This document shows positions 1 to 10,725 of a stretch of 64,000 nucleotides of DNA, in pieces. The notes beneath the pieces are model-generated. The model did not search any database. It was not told the origin of the DNA and saw only the letters and a list, made by a program, of their open reading frames with translations. Source of the stretch: Porphyridium purpureum (lineage: Eukaryota); the NCBI GenBank assembly GCA_008690995.1, contig VRMN01000001.1, forward strand, positions 1,798,001 to 1,862,000, given 5' to 3'. Both the position numbers and the translations under genes were made by a program. Within the stretch, counting starts at the first letter, position 1; the number at the start of each line of letters is the position of its first letter.

Positions 1-789
1 GTTAGATTTGGCCCTGGGGAATGCCGCAGATCTATTCGTCGGAAACGTGCATTCGGCTCTGGACCGTCTCGTCGCTGCGCTCCGGCTCTCAAATCAAAAA
101 CCTGTGCAGTTGAGTCATGGCTTTAGAGATATGAAAGGTCTGCACTTTCATGGCCACGCGGAATAAAGAGGTTCTTCAAGCGAGAAGCGAGGCCGGTTTC
201 ATCTAATTTTTGAATGTCCAAGGACGTGTTTTGGACAGTTCCTGAGTCGTTCGTTTGACTCTGCGTTGCACTGGACGATCTTTCAACCACCGAACTAAAC
301 ACATTCATGCCTCTGCCGCTCGACAATCTGAATATTTATTTAGGAAGTAAACGGAAGCGGAACACTGCCTTTTTATGTAACGCATGAGACGAGGCCCCGT
401 TAAACCGGGCGGGAATCTTGCTCTGTGACTTCTCACCGGAATCCAGTGCCTGTGGGAGACTGGATTTCTTTTCAGATCTCAATATCTACGCCTGCAGCTG
501 CGTCTTTTGTTCACGAACTACTGTCGGCACGTGCAGAAAATCGCTCTGTCCGAGAACATTATGAACGTAAAGAACACAAGAGACCCTCGGCTTGTGTTCC
601 TCGTGCTGCCGTCGCTGCTTCGGCAGCCGCCAAGCAAAAGAACATGTCGGAGGTTCTATAGAAAGTACAGTGATGTCTTGTCGCATTGAATATGAATGGC
701 CCATTTCTGCCGCGCGGTTGTCATGGATGGGTTGCGGTGCTGGACATGAATGGAAAAGAAGAACAAGATAAGTGGCGGCATAGACTCAC

Positions 790-2349
790 ATGGCAATGGA
801 CCGCGCGCACGCCGCGTCAGCACGCCTGCAAGTATCTGATCTGAATGACTTGCTGACTCCGTCTCCGAGCTGTGTGCTTCAGCTCGTGCCGGCCAGCGGT
901 GCGGAGAATGGCACGGGCTCGGGCTCGGGCTCGGCGCCCGTTCCGGTCCCGGGATCGTTTGCGGCTCCAATGTTTCCGACGCTGTCAAGCCAGCCGAGTG
1001 GGGATGCAAGCCAGAAAGTAGCTCGAATTCAGTTGAGTGACTGCTTGTCATGCTCCGGATGTGTGACGTCGGCCGAAACGATTTTGTTGGACAGGCAGTC
1101 TACCGCAGCGTTTCTCGAGCTCGTGGACGGCAGCAGTAAACGAGCGGGTTTGAGCTGCGTGGCGCTTTCTCATCAGAGCGTGGCATCCTTTGCTGCGGCG
1201 TACAATGTGTCTTTAGAAAGTGCGGCGAAAAAGCTGTGCTGGTTTTTGAAGCACAGCATCGGCGTGACACACGTGGTCCACTTGTCCCTTGCGCGCGCGG
1301 TCTCACTCGAGCTGCACGCACAAGAGCTGCTAGAAAGAATGGCATCAGGCAATAGTGCTAGCCTGCCCATGATGAGCGGAAGCTGTCCAGGATTCACGGT
1401 GTACGCGGAGAAGACGCTCGAGATGGATATTCTACAACGCATTGCGCACGCTGTGTCCCCGCAGGCCGTGCTTGGAGGTTTGATTGCGAAGAACGGACTT
1501 TTAGCTAAAGCGGATGCGTCCGCGTCTCGGGCGCCCAGGATCAGCGCAGGGACGCTGATGCAGAACAAAAATAATGTCGAAATAGCGTGCTGTACGGTGA
1601 TGCCATGCGCAGACAAGAAACTCGAAGCCGTGCGACGGGAGTTTGCGCAAACGCCTCCACCCGGCGGTGGCGGCAGCAAGTCCTTTGTAGACTTGGTACT
1701 TACTTCATCGGAGCTCGACGAGCTTGTATCGGAGCGGCTTGCCGAATCGAGCACCGCGACCTTCAAAGCACTGCCCGAGTGTGAGCTAGATTCTCTTTGT
1801 GGCGAGGCACCGGTGGCGTATTTCGCCGGACGGTCGCAGAGCCCGTCCGGTGGTCTTTTGGAGTATGTGCTACGGGCGGCCGCGGAGCGTCTCTTTGGTA
1901 TCGGCGATCTACATGACGAGCTAGAAAGCGACCCTCGCATTGAGACACGTGAAGTGCGCAATCATGACATGCGCGAAATAAGGGTGCGCGATACACCCTT
2001 GTGCTTTGCGTATGTGTACGGCTTTCGCAACATTCAAAACCTGATGCGCAGAATACGAATGGGTCGCTGTGCGTACCAGTTTGTCGAGGTCATGTCGTGT
2101 CCGTCTGGATGTGTCAATGGCGGCGGCCAGATCATTCGCGAAGAACGAAGTGAGCGGAAGGCGTCGGTAGAGCTCACTCGCTTGCGATACGAGGAAGCCG
2201 CGGAGCAGCGGCAATGTGCAGATGTTTCGGCACCAGTGGCCTTGCAAACGCTTAACGAGCTGCACGCCATTCCTGAGAACGACTCAAAGTGGATGCAACT
2301 CACGCTGCGTCCCCTTGAGAAGACGCTGGGCTCCGAACTTGCTTGGTAG
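790..2349 (+). CDS. NAR1: Cytosolic Fe-S cluster assembly factor Nar1/NARFL (Fe-only hydrogenase-like)
   Basis: 519-aa ORF. N-terminal Cys plus LSDCLSCSGCVTSAE, SGSCPG, VMPCADKKLEA, YGFRNIQN and VEVMSCPSGCVNGGGQ. C-terminal Trp (ELAW) as in the Nar1 family. Confidence 0.95.
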   Translation: MAMDRAHAASARLQVSDLNDLLTPSPSCVLQLVPASGAENGTGSGSGSAPVPVPGSFAAPMFPTLSSQPSGDASQKVARIQLSDCLSCSGCVTSAETILLDRQSTAAFLELVDGSSKRAGLSCVALSHQSVASFAAAYNVSLESAAKKLCWFLKHSIGVTHVVHLSLARAVSLELHAQELLERMASGNSASLPMMSGSCPGFTVYAEKTLEMDILQRIAHAVSPQAVLGGLIAKNGLLAKADASASRAPRISAGTLMQNKNNVEIACCTVMPCADKKLEAVRREFAQTPPPGGGGSKSFVDLVLTSSELDELVSERLAESSTATFKALPECELDSLCGEAPVAYFAGRSQSPSGGLLEYVLRAAAERLFGIGDLHDELESDPRIETREVRNHDMREIRVRDTPLCFAYVYGFRNIQNLMRRIRMGRCAYQFVEVMSCPSGCVNGGGQIIREERSERKASVELTRLRYEEAAEQRQCADVSAPVALQTLNELHAIPENDSKWMQLTLRPLEKTLGSELAW

Positions 2350-2508
2350 TGCTTGGCTTGAAGACGTGTGTATCGCTAGCTAATTCGAATAGAGCCTAGA
2401 ACAGGGGGGGCCAGCTTCTACTGGCTGCCCGGAATTCTCACCGCGCGCGGCAAGGATTTAGAATACGGGCAGGGATAGGGTGAGTCGATTTCGCCACACG
2501 CCCGCTCC

Positions 2509-3852
2509 TCACAGTTGTCCCTTGTTTAAAATGTCACTGATCATTTCCAGTCCCAGCGCGGTGACGCCGCTGCTATGTCTTGCAGAAGCATTCGAGTTAG
2601 TGTACGACGGATCGCCATACGCACTGATCCCGTACACATCGTGCGCGCCCGCGTTGCCTGGAGGGTAGCTCCCGATCGAGGACCCACCCGAACGGTACAT
2701 GTCCGACGAGATGGCGAGAGAACCTTGAAACTGAGACCAGTTCTCCTGAACGGGACCATTGTTGACCATGTCTGAAGAAATGCCCTTTGCGTTCTTGAAT
2801 CTCTCGGTCAAATCGGTGGACGGTTTTGCGGAGACTGGCGCGGTTGGCGGCATAGCCGCGACCGCAGGCGACGTGGTCCTTTCCACAGGTACCTTCCTGG
2901 AAGCCTCTATGTTTGCAGAAAGCACGTCCGCCGGAGCAAGCTCCGTGGAGCCCACTTTTTCCCAGTCGATCGATTGGGACACACTCCCACCAGACCGCTG
3001 CGCCGAGCTCGATGTCCCCGAGTTGCGCCGCGCCGCAGCCAGTCCCGCGGCCTTCTTCCCGGTGGTCACGCGCCTTCTGCCAATTTCAACACTCGCTGAC
3101 CCGTTGCTGCTTGCAGGCTTGCGCGCTGTGGTGACCGTGGCCTGAGGCTGATGCGCCGTGGCTGGTGCAGCAGCGGCCATTTGCTCACGCTCCTGCTCTG
3201 CGAGTGCAGCTTCGGTGAGGCGCGGCGGGGCTTCGGCCGCGACAGGCGCTGGCACCGGCGCCACGACGTTGGTTTCGGCGGATACCACAGACTGAGGCGC
3301 GGGAGATTTAACCGGTGATGTTACCGCGAGCCCTGATCCGGTGGCTGCAGCAGAAGAGAATGAGCTCTTGAGCGTGAGGGAGTCGATGGAGCCGAAAAAG
3401 TCGAAATCGTCCTTCTTGCGGGCGTCGATTTCCGGCGATTCTGGCACGACCCAGTTTCCGTGCTCCTCGGCCAAGATGGCGAGTTTCTCGAGATGCGCTC
3501 GGTACATTTCGGCGACCCTGCCCTTGTACTTGAGCTCGACGTCCGCATTCATCAACGAGCCTCGCCAACCATGCTGCAGGTAGAACTCTGCGGCGCGGTG
3601 GTTTCCTCCCTGCACCATTCTGCTGAGATCTCTGCGGCTCCAGGTGTCCATCATGACGGAGCGCACAAACGTCACGTGCGTGCCCAGCCGGCGATGCACG
3701 CCCGAGCAGTCCAAGCACAGGAACACGCCGAACCGCGTGGACGCCCACGTCGGGTTCTTCATGCCGCAGTCAAAGCACGTCTTGTTCTCCCTTTTCGTGC
3801 GCATCCGCCGCAGCGTCTCTGCTGCCTCGGGCGCCACATCCTGCGGCGCCAT
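2509..3852 (-). CDS. ADP-ribosylation factor GTPase-activating protein (ArfGAP2/3, Glo3/AGD8-like)
   Basis: ArfGAP zinc finger [13 protein letters not shown]...[21 protein letters not shown]-terminal Glo3-type repeats ([15 protein letters not shown]). First in-frame ATG at 3852. Confidence 0.93.
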   Translation of the reverse strand: MAPQDVAPEAAETLRRMRTKRENKTCFDCGMKNPTWASTRFGVFLCLDCSGVHRRLGTHVTFVRSVMMDTWSRRDLSRMVQGGNHRAAEFYLQHGWRGSLMNADVELKYKGRVAEMYRAHLEKLAILAEEHGNWVVPESPEIDARKKDDFDFFGSIDSLTLKSSFSSAAATGSGLAVTSPVKSPAPQSVVSAETNVVAPVPAPVAAEAPPRLTEAALAEQEREQMAAAAPATAHQPQATVTTARKPASSNGSASVEIGRRRVTTGKKAAGLAAARRNSGTSSSAQRSGGSVSQSIDWEKVGSTELAPADVLSANIEASRKVPVERTTSPAVAAMPPTAPVSAKPSTDLTERFKNAKGISSDMVNNGPVQENWSQFQGSLAISSDMYRSGGSSIGSYPPGNAGAHDVYGISAYGDPSYTNSNASARHSSGVTALGLEMISDILNKGQL

Positions 3853-4645
3853 ACCCCCCACCCACACACCCGCCAACTCCCTCCCCCTCCACAAAAAAAA
3901 AGCTCCCCCTCTTCCTCCCCTTCTCGCTCCCAGTTCCCTTCCCTTCCCCTCAAAACTCGCCCACTCATCCCAATCTACTCATGAACGGTCCTCATCACAA
4001 GCAGACACGTGTTCTCACTCATGCGCCCTCCACTGTACACCCACCTTTCCCCTTCACGGCTTACGGGCTGCAGAAAGTTAATTAATCGCGTGCACGAGCG
4101 CATATCCTATAAACAACACGTTTTTTATCATTAAAAATCACCCAAGCGTGTATTTATTTGTGTACAGTTCTGGAGTCACTGTAGTGTTCACCAAACATGC
4201 CGTACCGTTGCCACGTGGTCCAAGTGTTTGTGTTCTGTTTGTGCTGTGTTTCGTTGTGTTTCGTTGTGTTTGGTTGCAACGGCAACCCGAACCGAAACGC
4301 TGAGCGGAGTGATTTTCAGACGTCGCGGCAAAGAGCGACCAAGGAGGTGGTGGTTCGATGAACGGGTGGTAAACCATATAAGAACGTACTCGCATCGGTG
4401 CGACATGATCCGGTTTGGGGTTTCGATATGAGAGACCATGACGACTCGTCCGACGGACCTGTAACGTGAGAGTGACAGACAGACACAGAGCGAGAGAACG
4501 GAAACAAGCTTTGAGGGGAAAAGGGGAATTGGAGTGGGAGGGGAAGGGGCGAGAGAAAGTGGCGTGAAAGTAGGGTGAAAGTGGGGTGAAAGTGGGGGTT
4601 GAGGGAGTGCTGGCTTGGTGGTGGTGGTGTGTGGGAAAACAGAAG

Positions 4646-6196
4646 ATGGGATCGTGTTTTAGCAAGGCGCCCGATAGTGCGGCCGCGCCCGCGGGTGGCG
4701 GCACGGCAAAGGGCGCGGCAAAGCCGGCGGCGGGCAGCGGGAAGAAGCTGAAGAAGCCCGTGCTGGAGAGTGCCAAGCTAGACCTGCTCGCGGATTACGA
4801 TCAGGGCAGGGTGCTCGGCAAGGGCGCGTTTGGCGTCGTCACGCTGGTCACAAAGAAGGGCAGCGGAGAGACTTTTGCGTGCAAGTCGTTGTCCAAGGTG
4901 AAGATGGTCACAAAGGAGGACGTCGAGGACGTGCGCAAGGAGGTGCGCATTCTAAACATCGTCAAGGGACATCCAAATATGGTCACGCTGATTGATCAGT
5001 ACGAGGATAACCACAAAGTGGACCTCATCATGGAGCTCTGCTCTGGTGGCGAGCTCTTTGATCGCATCATCCAAAGGGGCCATTATTCGGAGAAGGACGC
5101 GGCGGCGCTCATGCGCGTCATGTTGGACGTGATTGCGTACATGAACAAAAAGAACCTCATCCACCGCGACCTGAAACCGGAAAACTTTTTGCTTGACGGA
5201 CCTGGCGACGACGCCAAGCTTAAAGCAACCGACTTTGGCCTCAGTGCGGAACTCAAGGAGGGAGAGTTTGCCACCCTGCAGGTCGGCACGCCCGTGTATG
5301 TGGCTCCAGAAGTTCTCATGGGCAAGTACAATGAGAAATGCGACGTTTGGTCGCTTGGAGTCATCTTGTATATTCTGCTTTGCGGCCGTCCGCCATTCTA
5401 TGGAAAAACGGAGCACGATGAGCTGCGCGCCACGCTCGAAGGTAAGTACGACATGACGCGCGATCCGTGGCCCAGGATCTCTAAAGAAGCCAAAGAACTC
5501 GTTTCTGCCATGCTCACCATGGACATAAACAAGCGTCCACGGGCCGAAGAGTTGCTGAGCCACCCCTGGGTGAAGGAAGGTGGAGTTGCTCCAGACACGC
5601 CACTGGACGACGCGGTCAAGAAGGGTCTGAAGCAATTCAGCGCAATGAACAAGCTGAAGAAGCGCGCGCTCCAGGTGATGGGACAAAATCTGTCACCGGA
5701 GGAGCTCGCCGAGCTGCGGAAGATGTTCCACGCTGTCGATACCGACGGAAGCGGCTCAATCTCAGTCACAGAGTTAGCGACTGCGTTGCGTAAAGCAGGC
5801 AGTAATCTCACGGACTCTGATATGGACGATATGCTGAAAGCGTACGATGTTGATGGCGACGGAACAATCGATTATTCGGAGTTTGTGACCGCAATGACTA
5901 ACATTAACAAGATCAACACCGTGGAGAACATTGAGAAGGCGTTTGCCAAGTTTGACAAGGACGGCGATGGCACAATCACCGCAGAAGAAGTGATGGAAGC
6001 GCTCAAGGACTGCCACATCGACCTCGAGAAGGCCAAGGAAATCGTCAAGGAAGCGGACAAGAATAATGACGGCATGATCGATTATGAAGAATTTTACGAG
6101 ATGATGGTCAAAAAGGATGAGAATGTTCGACAAGGCGACGCTGCGAAGAAGAAGCGGTTGCCTACAGCACAAGACCTTCGTGCGGAGCAGCAGTAG
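4646..6196 (+). CDS. Calcium-dependent protein kinase (CDPK)
   Basis: MGSCFS N-terminus (myristoylation/palmitoylation type). Kinase motifs GKGAFG, HRDLKPEN, DFG, APE. Autoinhibitory junction LKQFSAMNKLKKRAL. Four EF hands (DTDGSGSI, DVDGDGTI, DKDGDGTI, DKNNDGMI). Confidence 0.96.
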   Translation: MGSCFSKAPDSAAAPAGGGTAKGAAKPAAGSGKKLKKPVLESAKLDLLADYDQGRVLGKGAFGVVTLVTKKGSGETFACKSLSKVKMVTKEDVEDVRKEVRILNIVKGHPNMVTLIDQYEDNHKVDLIMELCSGGELFDRIIQRGHYSEKDAAALMRVMLDVIAYMNKKNLIHRDLKPENFLLDGPGDDAKLKATDFGLSAELKEGEFATLQVGTPVYVAPEVLMGKYNEKCDVWSLGVILYILLCGRPPFYGKTEHDELRATLEGKYDMTRDPWPRISKEAKELVSAMLTMDINKRPRAEELLSHPWVKEGGVAPDTPLDDAVKKGLKQFSAMNKLKKRALQVMGQNLSPEELAELRKMFHAVDTDGSGSISVTELATALRKAGSNLTDSDMDDMLKAYDVDGDGTIDYSEFVTAMTNINKINTVENIEKAFAKFDKDGDGTITAEEVMEALKDCHIDLEKAKEIVKEADKNNDGMIDYEEFYEMMVKKDENVRQGDAAKKKRLPTAQDLRAEQQ

Positions 6197-6587
6197 CCGG
6201 CAACGACGCGAGCAGGCAACCATGTTTTAGCCGTGGAGACACTGATTTTGCTTCACAGGCTGGTTTGCGTTACCGAGTCGTGGGGGGCGAGCGCTTAAAA
6301 TGAAATAATTTCGGATGTGCCGGCTCTTTTCTTCTGGGTTCCGCACCGTATCTAAAAGTATTTTAGCATTCTCTCTACCTGCAGGAAACTGATTCCAAAA
6401 ATTTTTCTTAAAGTAAAACGAAACTTTATTCTTACTGCGTCCTACGGCCCCGTTTGCTATCGGTCTTTACTCTGCCTGATGCCAGATGCGGAACCTGCAA
6501 GAATGCCTCCGCTTGCTGCCTTTACTACCCTAGATTCACAGACACCTTGCCGAGCGGCGCCCTATGTTTTCTGCTCCGTAGTACGTA

Positions 6588-7394
6588 CTAGCTGATGACG
6601 GTTTTCAAAGCACGCTGCAGGTCACGCTTCTGGTCCTTTTCTTTGAGCTCGCGGCGCTTGTCGTATAACTTGAGACCACGGGCCAGCGCGACTTGTATCT
6701 TCAGCCAGCCGCGGTCGTTGAAATAGCACTTGACTGGCACCAGCGTGAGACCCTGCTGCTCGGACTTTTGGCGCAACTTGAGAATGTCGCGTTTATGCAG
6801 CAGTACTTTCCTCGTGCGCTTTGGTTCGTGGTTGAAGAAGTTTGAGCAGAAGCTGTACTGCGAAATGTTGGCGTTGTACAGAAGCAACTCATTGCGCTTC
6901 GAAACGCGACAGTACGCGTCGCGTATTTGCATCTGGCCCATACGAACCGCTTTCACCTCGGTCCCCACGAGTTCCAGCCCGCCTTCGTACGTTTCCAAAA
7001 ATTCATACCGACTCCGCGCGAGCCGATTCTCGATCTGGACGCCATTCCAATCGCGCTTGCGCTTGCTTGCGCTGCCCTTCGCGGCCATCATTTCCACACT
7101 GCGCCTTCTCCCACCCACCGCACGAGCGCGAGACGAAGCAACATGACTACCACTAGCACTTCCGCGACGATCCAAACTCTGCGCACCGACATGCATTCTC
7201 ACAGGTTGACATTGCACGCGACGCGCAGGTCGATCAATGCGCCATGGCCGGGTATCCACGTCCGCGCGCCGCGACCATCCCTGCTTGCTACCCGCCAGAC
7301 ACACTGCCTTTGCGAGCCCACCCTTCCCGCACCCAGCCGGCTCACCGCCGCACACCCATTCCAACGCCACTCCTCCAGCTCCCACAAACCCCAT
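6588..7394 (-). CDS. smpB: SsrA-binding protein SmpB, nuclear-encoded with probable plastid transit peptide
   Basis: Motifs ENRLARSRYEFLETYEGGLELVGTEVKAVR, NHEPKRTRKVLLHKRDI, GLTLVP and ARGLKLYDKR. Long basic N-terminal extension beginning MGFV (red-algal Phe-type transit peptide start). Confidence 0.93.
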   Translation of the reverse strand: MGFVGAGGVALEWVCGGEPAGCGKGGLAKAVCLAGSKQGWSRRADVDTRPWRIDRPARRVQCQPVRMHVGAQSLDRRGSASGSHVASSRARAVGGRRRSVEMMAAKGSASKRKRDWNGVQIENRLARSRYEFLETYEGGLELVGTEVKAVRMGQMQIRDAYCRVSKRNELLLYNANISQYSFCSNFFNHEPKRTRKVLLHKRDILKLRQKSEQQGLTLVPVKCYFNDRGWLKIQVALARGLKLYDKRRELKEKDQKRDLQRALKTVIS

Positions 7395-7542
7395 CACCTT
7401 GCCCACCCAACGCCCCTCACGTCGGTCACTCTCTACTCTCCCATCCTCTTCACGCTCTTTCCCCTTAACACCAAAAGCAGCGCCTCCTACAGTCATCACA
7501 CCGCGCACCCTACCAAAACCGCACCACGGTCATACCGTATGG

Positions 7543-7688
7543 CAGCGGAATGTCAGATTACAAAGGAATGTTGCATTGCAAAGGGAAGCTGGATGACAAA
7601 AGAATGTTGCATTTAAATGTGATTCTGCATTGCAATATCATGCCGAATTGGAATGCAATGGCGCATGGCGAATGGCGAATGGCGAATG
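7543..7688. repeat. Degenerate 18-bp minisatellite (7 units) followed by about three copies of CGAATGG
   Basis: Units in exact 18-bp register from 7543: cagcggaatgtcagatta / caaaggaatgttgcattg / caaagggaagctggatga / caaaagaatgttgcattt / aaatgtgattctgcattg / caatatcatgccgaattg / gaatgcaatggcgcatgg. Confidence 0.75.
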
Positions 7689-7815
7689 CGGCCGGGGACG
7701 GGCTGTGGCGTGCGCGGCTGCGGGAAAGGGAGCAGAGAAAGAAGAGGACGGCAGGTTGGCCGGGGTTGACGCGGATGTGTGTGGGTTGTGAGTTGTGGGT
7801 GAGTGTGTGGGAGTG

Positions 7816-9570
7816 ATGAAGAGGAAAGGGGGAGGAATTGCTGCTGCTACTGCTGCTGCTGGTGGTGGTGGTGGGTCGCGCGCCGGGAGTGGTGAGGACG
7901 GCGGCGACGGAGCGGCATGGGCCGGACAGAACGAGCGCAGAAGAAGCAAGGCTCGCAAAGTGGACGATGACGCCAGTGCTGCGGTGGCAGAGGAGGGTCG
8001 GGAACAGGTGCTTGGGGATGGCGCGCTGCCGCAAGAAGAGCAGAATGGCGCAGAAGGGTTGCATGAGCGTGACGAGACGCGCGTGGAAACGGACGAAGGA
8101 GGCATTCTCACAAAGCACGCCTTTGCTGGCTTGACGAATTTGTCGGAGCGCTCGCAGGCAGCGCTGAAGGAAATGGGCATTACATACATGACGGAGGTGC
8201 AAGCCAGGGTCTTGCCGCACGCTTTTCAGGGCCGCGACGTGCTTGCAGCCGCAAGAACGGGCTCTGGCAAGACGCTGGCGTTTCTGCTGCCCGTACTCGA
8301 GCTGTTGAATACCGTCAAGTGGAAAACCAGGAACGGAACGGGCGTGGTGATCATTTCGCCCACGCGGGAACTGGCCCTCCAGATTCATGGCGTGACGCGC
8401 GAACTCTTGAAGAACCACTCGCTGACTTTTGGATTGCTGATCGGCGGCGCGAATCGACGAATGGAGGCAGAGAAGCTGCAGAAGGGCGTCTCCATTGTCG
8501 TAGCAACACCGGGCAGACTGCTCGATCACTTGGAAAACACGCCCGGATTTCAGTACGGCAACCTCCAGGCGCTAGTTATTGACGAGGCTGATCGTGTCTT
8601 GGAGATCGGGTTTGAGGAGGATATCCAGCGCATTCTGCAGTTGCTTCCCAAAGAGCGCCAAACCATGTTGTTCAGTGCCACACAGACCACAAAAGTAGAG
8701 GATCTGGTGCGAGTTTCCTTCCGCTCAAAGCCCGTCTACGTCGGCGTAGACGATTCACGCGCAGTGGCCACGGCGACCGGGATCGAGCAAGGATTTGTGA
8801 TTGTACCGTCCGAACGGCGCTTTGTGCTGCTGTTCACCTTTCTGAAGAAAAACATGCAGAAGAAGGTGATTGTATTCATGAGCTCGTGCAATGCGGTCAA
8901 GTACTACGCGGAGCTTCTCAGCTTCATTGACATCCCAGTGCTCTCGCTCCACGGCAAACAGAAGCAGCAGAAGCGCACCGCGACATTCTTCGAATTCTGC
9001 AAGGCCAAGGCGGCCATCTTGGTGTGCACGGATGTGGCGGCGCGAGGGCTCGACATCCCCTCTGTGGACTGGATCATTCAGTTTGATCCGCCGGATGAGC
9101 CGAAGGAGTATATCCACCGCGTCGGGCGCACAGCACGAGGAACGAATTCCACCGGCCACGCGCTACTGTTCTTACTGCCGTCCGAGGTTGCGTTTCTCAA
9201 GTACTTGAAAGCGGCGCGCGTGCCGGTAAACGAGTACGACTTCCCCGAGTCAAAGCTGGCCAAGATTCAGCCGCAACTCGAACGACTGATTGAGAAGAAC
9301 TACTACTTGAACCGTAGCGCACGTGAAGCGTACCGCTCCTACATCATGTCGTACGCGTCACACAGCATGAAGCACGTCTTCGACGTGCAGCAGCTCGACC
9401 TCAAGGGCGTGGCACGGAGCTTTTGCTTCAGCGTGCCACCCAATGTGAACATCTCTTCGCTGGCAAACCACAAGGCACCCAAGCTCGAGCGCCGCAACGG
9501 CGGCGGCGGCCTCAAGAACAACAAGCGCAACTCGAAGCAAGACCGGCTGGCGATGCTGCTCCGCGACTGA
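7816..9570 (+). CDS. HAS1: DEAD-box RNA helicase HAS1/DDX18
   Basis: [36 protein letters not shown] and HRVGRTAR. Has1-specific [17 protein letters not shown] and LIEKNYYLN. Confidence 0.96.
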   Translation: MKRKGGGIAAATAAAGGGGGSRAGSGEDGGDGAAWAGQNERRRSKARKVDDDASAAVAEEGREQVLGDGALPQEEQNGAEGLHERDETRVETDEGGILTKHAFAGLTNLSERSQAALKEMGITYMTEVQARVLPHAFQGRDVLAAARTGSGKTLAFLLPVLELLNTVKWKTRNGTGVVIISPTRELALQIHGVTRELLKNHSLTFGLLIGGANRRMEAEKLQKGVSIVVATPGRLLDHLENTPGFQYGNLQALVIDEADRVLEIGFEEDIQRILQLLPKERQTMLFSATQTTKVEDLVRVSFRSKPVYVGVDDSRAVATATGIEQGFVIVPSERRFVLLFTFLKKNMQKKVIVFMSSCNAVKYYAELLSFIDIPVLSLHGKQKQQKRTATFFEFCKAKAAILVCTDVAARGLDIPSVDWIIQFDPPDEPKEYIHRVGRTARGTNSTGHALLFLLPSEVAFLKYLKAARVPVNEYDFPESKLAKIQPQLERLIEKNYYLNRSAREAYRSYIMSYASHSMKHVFDVQQLDLKGVARSFCFSVPPNVNISSLANHKAPKLERRNGGGGLKNNKRNSKQDRLAMLLRD

Positions 9571-9777
9571 TGATGCTCCACTCGAACCTAAATTAATAAA
9601 AATCGAAGAATGCGGTTTGCTCATTTCTCATGGCGTGCTTTTTTCTTGTTGCAACTTTGCCCTGCTGGCGGTGGTTGCATAGGGGGCGAGAGCGCGGCTC
9701 GGGAATCCGAACATTATCTGCGCGAGGTCTCGAGACGGTCGGTTGGTCGTGCTTCCTTGCATCTGCGCAAAAGCTGA

Positions 9778-10650
9778 ATGGAAATCAAAGTGGTTGCGCT
9801 CCGCGTGGCCGCCGAGGACGCGCTGGCGATCGAACACACTTTGAGCAATGTGTCGTCGTCGGATACTCTGGGCACGTGTATGTCACGGTTCTTTGAGGAA
9901 GCGCTGCGAATACACCGGGCGCTAGAGTCATCTTCTTCCGGCTCTTCTTCTCGCAGTAGCGGGCAGAGAAGGGTTGCCGAAGTCATGTGGAGGACGCAAG
10001 CTAGACTCGTGCATGCCGGGCGCGTGTACGGCATGGAACACGTGCACAGTGAGACGCTCGAGAGTCTGAACATTGCGAATGGGGCTATTCTCAGGCTTCT
10101 GCCCCTACCTAATGTGCGATTCATTGAAGTGGAGCTCCGCGAAGATGAAAGGCAGGATGGTAACGTACCGTTACCGAGTGCACCGCAAGCAGAGCGGTCG
10201 CCCATACACGTGCGCGAGCTTCACCCCCGGGGAGCCATGTCATCAGGCGGCGTACGTGTTTGTGTTTTTGGCTCTCATTTCCAGGAGGGTGCGCGCGTCA
10301 AGTTTGGTACAATTGTGGTGCCCGCGATCCGCCACTCGCACGACCTTTTGGTTTGCACCGCGCCGGCACATGAGCCCGGTGTGGTTTCTGTGGAAGTCGA
10401 AATAAGTCCCATGCGTAATGGCGGCGTACGCAGAGCGCGCAAGAAGCAAAGTGAAGCGGATTCAGAATTTTCTGATCCTTCCGACTACACGCAGGATGGC
10501 GTTTCGTTTACATATGTCTCGTTAGCAGACTTGGACGGGACGCTTGCTCTTGTTTGCGAGTCTGGTGTGAAACCATTCGGTCAGGAAGTGTGCAATGACG
10601 AGGAACAAGCCGCGTCAGTGAACAACCAACCACCTCCCGGCATGACTTAG
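9778..10650 (+). CDS. Ubiquitin-like domain plus IPT/TIG domain protein
   Basis: N-half RLVHAGRVY...ETLESLNIANGAILRL resembles the ubiquitin fold. C-half PRGAMSSGGVRVCVFGSHF...VKFG...LVCTAPAHEPGVVSVEV...SFTY is IPT/TIG-like. Confidence 0.7.
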   Translation: MEIKVVALRVAAEDALAIEHTLSNVSSSDTLGTCMSRFFEEALRIHRALESSSSGSSSRSSGQRRVAEVMWRTQARLVHAGRVYGMEHVHSETLESLNIANGAILRLLPLPNVRFIEVELREDERQDGNVPLPSAPQAERSPIHVRELHPRGAMSSGGVRVCVFGSHFQEGARVKFGTIVVPAIRHSHDLLVCTAPAHEPGVVSVEVEISPMRNGGVRRARKKQSEADSEFSDPSDYTQDGVSFTYVSLADLDGTLALVCESGVKPFGQEVCNDEEQAASVNNQPPPGMT

Positions 10651-10725
10651 CGCACGTGTACCCGCGACAGAAGAAAGCGTCCTCTTGTTCATCCGTGTTT
10701 ATTTATCACACCGTCTCTGATCGCA

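Noticed and set aside
1..789. Short ORFs before NAR1 (123..326 minus, 425..661 plus)
   Set aside because: Short, no recognisable motif, mostly non-ATG starts.
7543..7688. CRISPR-like interpretation of the periodic repeats
   Set aside because: No unique spacers, no cas genes, eukaryotic context.
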